From: Candidatus Ratteibacteria bacterium
Lineage (GTDB): Bacteria; Ratteibacteria; UBA8468; B48-G9; JAFGKM01
DNA length: 25,784 nucleotides
NCBI GenBank assembly: GCA_028697565.1
Contig: JAQVEU010000002.1
Span: 1-25,784, forward strand
Direction of reading: 5' to 3'
Shown here: in pieces, positions 16,695 to 24,406 of the stretch
Layout: every line of letters starts with the position of its first letter
Position numbering within the stretch: the stretch's first letter is position 1
The notes under the pieces: model-generated
Databases searched by the model: none
What the model saw: only the letters and a program-made list of their open reading frames with translations
What the model was told of the DNA's origin: nothing
Made by a program: the position numbers and the translations under genes

Positions 16695-16716
16695 GGTAAC
16701 ACTTTGGTAACACTTT
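16695..16716. repeat. Perfect 11-bp tandem direct repeat (GGTAACACTTT)x2, candidate regulator site
   Basis: Read directly: ggtaacacttt (16695-16705) ggtaacacttt (16706-16716), 25 nt upstream of the -35 above. Confidence 0.7.
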
Positions 16717-16781
16717 GCCCTCCCTGTTTTTGAGATAGACATTCCATAGGAGATAGATAGACCAACAACTGGTGTGGACGA

Positions 16782-16948
16782 TTAGGAATTATACTCTATC
16801 AGCCATTCAGTAAAAGATGGATTAAAAACATCTGGATTATCTATATAATTGCCCATTGTAAAAACTCCTCTTCCACTTATAAAATGCCTTTATCTGATAT
16901 CTTTTCCAGAACTATGGAGGTGTTACCTACATATCTCAACTTCTGCAT
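16782..16948 (-). other. Two tiny ORFs with SD sequences (23 aa and 24 aa), or one frameshifted gene remnant
   Basis: 16948-16877 MQKLRYVGNTSIVLEKISDKGIL* (preceded by TAAGGAG); 16856-16782 MGNYIDNPDVFNPSFTEWLIEYNS* (preceded by GAGGAG). Confidence 0.3.
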
Positions 16949-16955
16949 TCTCTCC

Positions 16956-19088
16956 TTACTTCTTTAACAAAAATAGGTTCCATTCGCCTGGCTGTATTTT
17001 AAGCGGGATGTTCAATTTTGCTTTTCCTTTCCTCTCCGGGTATATCTTTTTCCCCTCTTTGATGTTAATAATGTATTTGTCTCTGATAATCTCTGAAGGG
17101 ACTTCAAGGAATGCCTTTTTGTTATCCGAGGGGTTAATAATAAAAAGGAGTTCTCCATTACTACTTTTGCCATATCTGTATATTAGATTCTTTCCATCTT
17201 TTTTATCAGTCAGATGTACACGGACATCAGGGATACACCCATGTTTTTCAAGTAAGTGCCATATGAGACCCGTAAAGTTTTTATCAAATATTCTGTCACC
17301 CCTGTTATAATGAGCCCCTATAAAGGTGCCAAGTCCATAGACCGTCCCTTTGCCTGTTGCTCCTGCTACTGCGATAACCCGTCCCTTACTGTCTCTCGCT
17401 AAAATCCTATGTCTATCAGTGGATAGAGGACTTATCCAAAACCCTGCCTTCATACGAAATATCTTACCGTCTATTTTTAAGGTAAAACTTTCGTGTTCAA
17501 TGGGCTGTCTTTCTATTTCTGAATATATTCCAAGTTTATAAGATGGTGTTCTCTCTTTCCCTGGATACCGATAAAAGCCCAGTGTGTCAAATGCCCCTGT
17601 ATCTGCTTCAGAGAGTATAACCCCACCGTTTTTAACAAAGTCCTCCAGTGCCTGTGATGTTTTTTCTGAAATGACTAAAGGGAAAGGGAGAAAAAGGAAC
17701 TTCAATTTTTTCAGAACTTCAAGATGGCTACTTTCAACAACTTCATAAGGGATATTTAGGTGCTCCAGTGCTTTGAGATAACCAGTTAAACTTCTCATTG
17801 CCATATCAACATTTCCATATTGCGACCATTCAAGATAGTAGTTTGATGGTTCAAACATTACACCTACAACTGGAGCTACTGGTTTATAACTATCAAGCAG
17901 TGGACTATATTTTTTAATAATCTCTGATGTCTCTTTAAGTGCCTCAAGTCGTTCATCTGCGAGTCCGTCGTTTCCTGCAATACCAAATCCACCGGATTCT
18001 CTGCCAAAGACCTCATCCCGCCAGCACCAGAATATTACTGCCTTTGCACCTCTACCGAAGGCATTCCATACCCATCTCTGCTGTGTATCTGCCTTGACAG
18101 GAGTATGAGCACATAGTCCATTCCTGGCTGCGCCTCCCTGAAGTTCGCTTACCCATAAAACTTTTTCAGAGACAGCAGAACGTATTGCCTCAACCCTCAC
18201 ACCAAACTCACTGTCATCAAACATTCCCCAAAAGGGGAAGTGTGAACAGCCAAACCCATCCAAAAACTCTATAAAGTCCCAGTCATTTCCTCTGCATAGT
18301 GGTTGTTCTGTTCCCCATCCACCAGAAAGTATTGAAGGAGCACCGCAGTGTGCAGATATAATACTTTCTACACCTGCCTTTCTCAGTGCCTGCGCACGGA
18401 ACCTCATTATATCCGATGCCCTCCATGTAAGGAATTTTAAAAATTCCATACACTCTGTATAGTTTCTTCCATCAGGGACTCTCCCTGGGTACACATCTGC
18501 CCAGTTAGTATAACGGCGCTTCCATGCTCTATTCAGTCCTTCTATCTCTCCATATTCTCTTTTCAAAAATTCCCGGAACCTGTTCAGTGTTTCAGGACAG
18601 TAGCATACATATCCATCCGAGTGAACACACCACCTTGTCTCATTCCAGCAGTCCCATCCAATAACTGTCTTTTGCTTTCCATATCTTTTACCAATCTTAC
18701 TCAAAAACCGGACCATATACTCCTTTACCTTCGGATGGTCAGTGCATCCACCCGGGGTTATGCCCACAATACACTCGCATCTTGTGGAGGAGAGTACCTT
18801 TCGTCCTGTGTGGTCAATCATAACACCTTCAGGGACAACACGTTCTATCCAGAATGGCTGGATTTCAGCAATGGTGCTTATTACCACTTTCAGTCCTTTT
18901 GCCTCTGCTTTTTCAATAAGGGTGTCATAGTCGTCAAAGATAAACCTACCTGGTGATGGTTCAATCCATCCCCAGCATGCCCAGAGTTGTACTACATCTA
19001 TTCCTGCATCTTTCATCCTGTTTAGGTCATCATCCCAGAATCTTTTCTCCGGGAAAGGTGGCCTGTAATACTGTGTTCCTATAAACAT
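16956..19088 (-). CDS. Beta-galactosidase, GH42-like (cytoplasmic)
   Basis: GTQYYRPP, W-x-DDL-x-x-MK-x-AG, W-x-WIEP-x-PG-x-F-x-F, acid/base WNE, nucleophile in SELQGG, GAKAVIFW-x-WR and a trimerisation-type domain. No signal peptide. SD AAGGAGG. Confidence 0.85.
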   Translation of the reverse strand: MFIGTQYYRPPFPEKRFWDDDLNRMKDAGIDVVQLWACWGWIEPSPGRFIFDDYDTLIEKAEAKGLKVVISTIAEIQPFWIERVVPEGVMIDHTGRKVLSSTRCECIVGITPGGCTDHPKVKEYMVRFLSKIGKRYGKQKTVIGWDCWNETRWCVHSDGYVCYCPETLNRFREFLKREYGEIEGLNRAWKRRYTNWADVYPGRVPDGRNYTECMEFLKFLTWRASDIMRFRAQALRKAGVESIISAHCGAPSILSGGWGTEQPLCRGNDWDFIEFLDGFGCSHFPFWGMFDDSEFGVRVEAIRSAVSEKVLWVSELQGGAARNGLCAHTPVKADTQQRWVWNAFGRGAKAVIFWCWRDEVFGRESGGFGIAGNDGLADERLEALKETSEIIKKYSPLLDSYKPVAPVVGVMFEPSNYYLEWSQYGNVDMAMRSLTGYLKALEHLNIPYEVVESSHLEVLKKLKFLFLPFPLVISEKTSQALEDFVKNGGVILSEADTGAFDTLGFYRYPGKERTPSYKLGIYSEIERQPIEHESFTLKIDGKIFRMKAGFWISPLSTDRHRILARDSKGRVIAVAGATGKGTVYGLGTFIGAHYNRGDRIFDKNFTGLIWHLLEKHGCIPDVRVHLTDKKDGKNLIYRYGKSSNGELLFIINPSDNKKAFLEVPSEIIRDKYIINIKEGKKIYPERKGKAKLNIPLKIQPGEWNLFLLKK

Positions 19089-19111
19089 ATTCTCCTCCTT
19101 ACATCCTTGCT

Positions 19112-19140
19112 ATTATAGATTAAACCTTAACCTCTCAGAA
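19112..19140 (-). promoter_or_regulatory. Candidate promoter for the GH42 gene
   Basis: Minus-strand TATAAT at 19117-19112; the hexamer 17 nt upstream (TTCTGA) is a weak -35. Confidence 0.35.
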
Positions 19141-19336
19141 GTTAAGTAATAGAGATATTTTACCACGCCTTTTTTAAGAAACCAAACCACCTGATTATCC
19201 ATTCTTTCATCTCTTCATCAAATCCCTTTAATAGAGATAATCTCCCACAGACAGATATTTTATTTTCTCTCGCCCTTTTTCCAAAAGTTCTATTTCTATA
19301 GGCACTTGACCTGATAAAAAAGGTGTAATATATATT

Positions 19337-19575
19337 ACTTTAAAGCACATGGAGATACACTGGGAAGATAGTTATCTCTCTGAGGTTTTCACAGGAGCAT
19401 CCTTAAGCAAGAATAGTTTACATCCTGTACTGGAAGATGTGGGACAGGATAGACAAGGCATAGCAGAGTTTTTAAGAAGTTTTGTGTGTGGGTATTTATG
19501 GATGATTGTCTTAGGACAGAGGAAGAAAGAGATTATCTTGGTCGGATAGAGACATTAGGACTACATATTACTTAA
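19337..19575 (+). pseudogene. Probable internally deleted transposase remnant (IS1634/IS4-like)
   Basis: Two fragments in different frames: TLKHMEIHWEDSYLSEVFTGASLSKNSLHPVLEDVGQDRQGIAEFLRSF (19337-~19485) and VFMDDCLRTEEERDYLGRIETL (19492-~19557). Both resemble, from memory, separate regions of IS1634-like transposases. No DDE core or terminal inverted repeats identified. Confidence 0.45.
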
Positions 19576-19620
19576 TAATTGGGAAGTTAGGGATTAAACT
19601 TTGAAAATTTTCCAGTGGAT

Positions 19621-19649
19621 TTGAAGAGAGAAAAGATATGCTGTAATAT
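19621..19649 (+). promoter_or_regulatory. Candidate sigma70 promoter for the hydroxyacid dehydrogenase gene
   Basis: TTGAAG (19621-19626), 17 nt, TAATAT (19644-19649); ATG at 19675 has an AAGGGGG SD. Confidence 0.35.
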
Positions 19650-19674
19650 AAAACTCGTAAAGGGGGAAAATACA

Positions 19675-20679
19675 ATGAAAAAAGTCAAGATATGTCTTCT
19701 ATTAACATATGAAGGGGTAGGAGGAAAAATTTTTGACAAGGATGTTATAGAAGAACTCAAAAAGATAGGAGATGTTTTTATATGGGATGGGAAGACACCT
19801 GTACCTGTATTTTGTAAAGATGCTGATATTATAGTTACCAGTTGGGGCTCTCCAAAATTAGATGTTTCTATACTGAAAGTTGCCCCATCTCTTAAGTTTA
19901 TATTCCATGCCGCAGGAACAATCAAGACAGTGGTTGACCCGGAGTTGATGAAAAAAGGTGTAAGGGTCAGTTCTGCCTCAAATATACTTGGCAGGAATGT
20001 TGCAATTACAACTTTTGGATTAGTTCTTATAGGAGTGAAAAAGATTCCATGGTGGAATGAATATATAAAAAGCACAGGAAACTGGCGAGAAAATAATTTT
20101 CTGCTAACTTATACAAATGAGATTGGAACATCTACTGTGGGTGTTATCAGTATGTCCAATGTAGGAAAAAACCTTGTTTTGTTACTTAAAAATGTGACAG
20201 ATAATATTCTTGTTTATGACCCTTTCTGGACAAGTGGTGATATAGAAAAATTCGGTGGAATAAAGGTTGAAATTCTTTATGAGATTGCGGAAAGGTGTGA
20301 TGTTATTGCTTTATGCACCCCATTTTTGAAAACAACAGAAGGGATGATAGACAGAAAATTTTTCCAGAATATGAAGAATGGGGCAGTATTTATTAATACA
20401 GCAAGAGGGAAAATAATTGATGAGGCAGCACTTATAGAGGAACTCAAAAAGGAAAGGATTTTTGCCTGTCTTGATGTGACAGATCCTGAAGAACCACCAC
20501 CTCCTGACAGTCCTTTAAGAAAACTAAAAAATGTTTTACTCTCTCCTCATATTGCCGGTATTGTAAATTCAGGTATGAAGGATATAGGAGTATTTTGTGT
20601 TGATGAGATAAAAAGATTTATAAAAAAAGAGGTACTTGTAAACGAGATATTATTAGAAAAACTTGACATTACTGCCTGA
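19675..20679 (+). CDS. D-isomer-specific 2-hydroxyacid dehydrogenase family protein
   Basis: TSWGSP, LKFIFHAAGT, YDPF, FINTARG (Arg), LDVTDPEEP (Glu) and LSPHIAG (His). Start reassigned from GTG 19615 to ATG 19675. Confidence 0.9.
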   Translation: MKKVKICLLLTYEGVGGKIFDKDVIEELKKIGDVFIWDGKTPVPVFCKDADIIVTSWGSPKLDVSILKVAPSLKFIFHAAGTIKTVVDPELMKKGVRVSSASNILGRNVAITTFGLVLIGVKKIPWWNEYIKSTGNWRENNFLLTYTNEIGTSTVGVISMSNVGKNLVLLLKNVTDNILVYDPFWTSGDIEKFGGIKVEILYEIAERCDVIALCTPFLKTTEGMIDRKFFQNMKNGAVFINTARGKIIDEAALIEELKKERIFACLDVTDPEEPPPPDSPLRKLKNVLLSPHIAGIVNSGMKDIGVFCVDEIKRFIKKEVLVNEILLEKLDITA

Positions 20680-20690
20680 TGCCATTAGTG

Positions 20691-21884
20691 TTATCTCTTT
20701 TTTGCACGCAGGCCTTCAAGTTTTGAAGGAAGCCCAAATATCTCAAGGAATCCCTCTGCTGCTTTATGGTCAAACATATCTTTTTCAGTATAGGTTGCCA
20801 GGGTCTCACTATATAGAGAATAAGGCGACTTCCTTCCTGTTATGATACAGTTTCCTTTGTGTAGTTTTAGTCGGACCTCACCTGTAACAAACTTCTGGCT
20901 TTCCTTCACAAATGCGTCTAAACACTCCCTTATATGTGAAAACCACTGTCCAAAATAAACAAGTTGTGAATATCTCTGGGCAACCATCTTTTTGAATTCA
21001 AAAAGGTCCCTTGAAAATACGAGTTTTTCAAGTTCGTTATGTGCAGTGTGAAGTATAACCGCAGCAGGTGCCTCATATATCTCTCTTGACTTAATTCCTA
21101 CCAGGCGGTCTTCTATCATATCAATCCTCCCGATGCCATGTTTTCCCCCTATGTCTGTCAGCGCCTCAATAAGTTTTATTGTTTCTATCTTTTTCCCATT
21201 GAGGGATGCAGGGACACCCTTTTCAAAGCCAATGGTGATATATTCTGGCTTTACTGGTGATTTCTCCGGAGAGGCAGTAATCTGATAGGCATCATCAGGT
21301 GGTTCATTCCATGGGTCTTCAAGTTTGCCACACTCAATAGATATTCCCCAGAGGTTCCAGTCAATACTGTATGGCTTTGCCTTTGTCACAGATACAGGGA
21401 TATTGTGTTTTTTGGCATATTCTATCTCTTCTTCCCTTGACATAAACTCCCATTCCCTTACAGGTGCTATAACCTTTAGTTCAGGTGCCAGATACCTTGT
21501 TGTGAGTTCAAATCTTACCTGGTCGTTCCCTTTTCCTGTACAGCCATGTGCAATTGCCTGTGCTTTCTCTTTCTTTGCTACATTTACCATCCCTTCCACA
21601 ATAAGTGGCCTGGATAAGGCGGTGGCGAGTGGATACTTGTCCTGATATACTGCCCCTGCCTTCAGTGCAGGGATGATATACTCGTTCACAAACTTCTGTC
21701 GCAGGTCATCAAAGTATAGTTTTGAGGCACCTGTATTTATGGCTTTTACCTTCAGTCGTTTTTCATCCTCTGTCTGCCCTATATTTGAGGTGTAACATAT
21801 AATCTCCGCATGATATTTCTCTTTCAGCCACCTTATTGCTACTGATGTATCAAGTCCACCTGAATAGGCAAGTACTATCTTCAT
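20691..21884 (-). CDS. argG: Argininosuccinate synthase
   Basis: [38 protein letters not shown]-x-NLWG-x-SIE-x-G-x-LEDP and [11 protein letters not shown]. Confidence 0.98.
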   Translation of the reverse strand: MKIVLAYSGGLDTSVAIRWLKEKYHAEIICYTSNIGQTEDEKRLKVKAINTGASKLYFDDLRQKFVNEYIIPALKAGAVYQDKYPLATALSRPLIVEGMVNVAKKEKAQAIAHGCTGKGNDQVRFELTTRYLAPELKVIAPVREWEFMSREEEIEYAKKHNIPVSVTKAKPYSIDWNLWGISIECGKLEDPWNEPPDDAYQITASPEKSPVKPEYITIGFEKGVPASLNGKKIETIKLIEALTDIGGKHGIGRIDMIEDRLVGIKSREIYEAPAAVILHTAHNELEKLVFSRDLFEFKKMVAQRYSQLVYFGQWFSHIRECLDAFVKESQKFVTGEVRLKLHKGNCIITGRKSPYSLYSETLATYTEKDMFDHKAAEGFLEIFGLPSKLEGLRAKKR

Positions 21885-21901
21885 CTTTCTGTCCTCCTTT
21901 T

Positions 21902-23002
21902 TCAGAGTATTTTTTCTTCTCTAAGCCGTTTAAACATCTGTATCCTTCCTGAAGAAAGTGCTCCACAACCAGCAGGAATACAGATGATGTTCATAATAAT
22001 CTTTGCTGGTGGATATATTGAGATGGTAGTGAAAAGAAATGTTCCTATAAGTGTAGCAAGTATCCATGTAGATGTTTTGTCCCTCATCTTAAAAAGAATC
22101 TTCCTGCCTATGAATATGGCGGGAAATACCCTTGATATATATATAAGTGCAGAGAAAAATACAGAGAGAATAAGTCCAAGTGGTACACCTATAATGGTAA
22201 TAAAAGATATGAGTATAAAGAAGATGGTTGCTACTATCATAACAAGCCCTGCAAAAAATGAGGAGATAAATCTTTTGCCTGACACATCAACGGTCTGTTG
22301 GAATAGGTTCGGGAAAAACAGAAGTGTGAATAATACAGGAATTAGTAAAGAGAAGAACCCATAAAAACGTTTCAGTGTCCTCAAGTGTAATTTTTCTTTC
22401 ATATGCTCATTTAGGGGTTTTTTCCATTCGGTTGTCCCGTAGACCTTCAGGTTTGAGATATCCACCTCTTCAGGTATGCTATATGTAAGATTACCTTTAA
22501 TAACCGTTTCAGGAGTGAAGTGGAAGTATGTGCCATAGATGGAGATATCATTAAAATCTCCGGAAAGGACTATATTTTTCCCCCACAGGATTGTTTTTTC
22601 TTCTACCGTTCCTTCTATCTCTATATTTTCCGCACTTACCCGCATGTTACCTTTGCAGTACCCTTTTATCTTTACATTTCTTCCTAAAACAGTAACACTT
22701 CCACCGAAATTTCCTTTTACGGTTATATTATTGCCTAATATGTAGATATCATTTGCAGCGTTGCCGGAGAAGGCGGTGTTATAGCCAATGGAAATGAGGT
22801 CGCCTTTTATATCAGTAAAGATATTTATATTTCTGCCGATACCAATGAACTCACTTTGAAGGATAGAACTTACTTCAATCTTATCACCTATAAAAAGCAC
22901 CTCTTCCTCTGATGGTTCTTTAACAGAAACATTGTCTCCTATGAAAATTTTTGCTTCTACTGCAATAGTTAGAATAAATAAAAGTAGTAATATCTTTTTC
23001 AT
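21902..23002 (-). CDS. Hypothetical membrane protein: signal peptide, 17-aa beta-solenoid (bactofilin-like) repeats, multi-TM C-terminus
   Basis: [17 protein letters not shown] signal-like N-terminus; seven consecutive 17-residue repeats; about 4-5 hydrophobic segments after residue ~210. Confidence 0.7.
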   Translation of the reverse strand: MKKILLLLFILTIAVEAKIFIGDNVSVKEPSEEEVLFIGDKIEVSSILQSEFIGIGRNINIFTDIKGDLISIGYNTAFSGNAANDIYILGNNITVKGNFGGSVTVLGRNVKIKGYCKGNMRVSAENIEIEGTVEEKTILWGKNIVLSGDFNDISIYGTYFHFTPETVIKGNLTYSIPEEVDISNLKVYGTTEWKKPLNEHMKEKLHLRTLKRFYGFFSLLIPVLFTLLFFPNLFQQTVDVSGKRFISSFFAGLVMIVATIFFILISFITIIGVPLGLILSVFFSALIYISRVFPAIFIGRKILFKMRDKTSTWILATLIGTFLFTTISIYPPAKIIMNIICIPAGCGALSSGRIQMFKRLREEKIL

Positions 23003-23466
23003 TTTTTTAGAACCTTCAGCATTGCTGTCTCATCACACCTTGGGAATTTAGGACAGTTGATACAGTCACTCCATACCTTATGTGGCAGTTTTGACTTTAT
23101 AATCTTCTCAAACCCCAACTTTCCAAAAAATTCAGGGATATAGGTAAGTGTGAAAACCTTTTTTATTTCCAGTAGTTCTGCCTCTTCCAGCGCTTTTTTC
23201 ACAAGGTTCTTTCCATAGCCACTTCCCTGATGTTTCCTTGCTATTGCGACAGACCTTATCTCACCAAGGTCTTTCCAGACAATTTTTAAAGCAGCACATC
23301 CTGCAACCTTTTTATCTATCTCTACTACCCAGAAGTTTCTCAGCCGTTCATAAAGCATATTTAAGGACACAGGGAGCATCTTCCCTTCATTTGCAAAACT
23401 GTTTATAAGCCGCCTTATCTGATTTACATCCCCCATCTTTGCCTTTCTGATAATAACTTTTTCCAT
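22999..23466 (-). CDS. argA: GNAT N-acetyltransferase, short ArgA-like (amino-acid N-acetyltransferase)
   Basis: IRKA, G-x-ML, LYERLRNFWV, GCAAL, EIRSVAI, QGSGYG acetyl-CoA motif, FTLTY-x-x-EFF-x-KLGF and LPHKVWSDC-x-x-C. The ArgA function is inferred from family and from other arg genes nearby. Confidence 0.7.
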   Translation of the reverse strand: MEKVIIRKAKMGDVNQIRRLINSFANEGKMLPVSLNMLYERLRNFWVVEIDKKVAGCAALKIVWKDLGEIRSVAIARKHQGSGYGKNLVKKALEEAELLEIKKVFTLTYIPEFFGKLGFEKIIKSKLPHKVWSDCINCPKFPRCDETAMLKVLKK

Positions 23467-23480
23467 TTGATTTTCTCCGT

Positions 23481-24092
23481 TTAACTTGTGATATATACCT
23501 TTCTTCCTGATATACTAAGTTTTCCTTCTGCTATAAGTTTTATTGTAAGGGGATATATAATATGTTCCTTTTCCTGTATCCTTTTATGCAATGTTTCCGG
23601 TGTGTCATCCTTAAGGACAGGGACTACTGCCTGGAGGATGATAGGTCCTGAATCAATATCTGCCTCCACAAAGTGGGTAGTACAACCAGTAAATTTTACT
23701 CCATAGTTTAGTGCCTGTTTCCATGCCTCAAGTCCAGGAAATGCAGGCAGGAGTGATGGATGTATATTGATAGTTCTTCCTGTGAAACTTCCTAAAAGTT
23801 CCTCTTTGATAACCCTCATAAAACCGGCAAGGCATACAAGGTCCACCTTATATTCTTTTAATACCCTTACATACTCTTTTTCTGTTTTCTGTGAGAGGAT
23901 TGTTTTATATTTTTTTTCTGGTATACAGTGGTGTTCTATCCCCTCTCTTTTTGCTATCTCAAGGGCTCCTGATGAGGGATTGTCAGTTAATACCACTCCT
24001 GGTTTTATAGAAAGTCCTTCAGTTTTTATATATTCTATGATTGCCTGAATATTACTGCCTTTTCCTGATGCAAGAAGTCCTATTGTAAACAT
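23481..24092 (-). CDS. purN: Phosphoribosylglycinamide formyltransferase
   Basis: LASGKGSN, CLAGFMRV, INIHPSLLPAFPG, GCTTHFV-x-x-x-IDSGPII and EH-x-IYP. Confidence 0.96.
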   Translation of the reverse strand: MFTIGLLASGKGSNIQAIIEYIKTEGLSIKPGVVLTDNPSSGALEIAKREGIEHHCIPEKKYKTILSQKTEKEYVRVLKEYKVDLVCLAGFMRVIKEELLGSFTGRTINIHPSLLPAFPGLEAWKQALNYGVKFTGCTTHFVEADIDSGPIILQAVVPVLKDDTPETLHKRIQEKEHIIYPLTIKLIAEGKLSISGRKVYITS

Positions 24093-24406
24093 TTTTTAAT
24101 CTCCTTTATCTCCTGTAAGATGTCCTCAAGAAATTTTTTCATATCCTTTCTATTTTCTTTTTTATTATTCTCCCTCAATTTCTTTTTGGCACCCTTTATC
24201 TTATATCCTTCATTATAGACCAGAAATTTTACTCTGTTAATTTTTTCAATATCTTTTTCTGTATATATCCTGTGTCCTTTCTGGTCTCTTAATGGCTTTA
24301 TAAAAGAGAGTTCTTTTTCCCAGAACCTGATTATATGTGGAGGTACTTCAACTATCTTACTTACCTCACTTATATAATAAAATTTTTCTTCTTTTTTATT
24401 CTTCAT
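24080..24406 (-). CDS. MerR-family HTH transcriptional regulator
   Basis: YYISEVS-x5-PHIIRFWEKE, P-x-R-x-x-x-GHRIY and GYKIKGAKK; short Lys-rich coiled C-terminus with no metal-binding Cys cluster. Confidence 0.85.
   Translation of the reverse strand: MKNKKEEKFYYISEVSKIVEVPPHIIRFWEKELSFIKPLRDQKGHRIYTEKDIEKINRVKFLVYNEGYKIKGAKKKLRENNKKENRKDMKKFLEDILQEIKEIKKCLQ

Noticed and set aside
19150-19350. Short minus-strand ORFs upstream of GH42 (e.g. 40-aa MCFKVIYITP…)
   Set aside because: No SD, no recognisable motif, and several competing short frames; indistinguishable from degenerate intergenic DNA.
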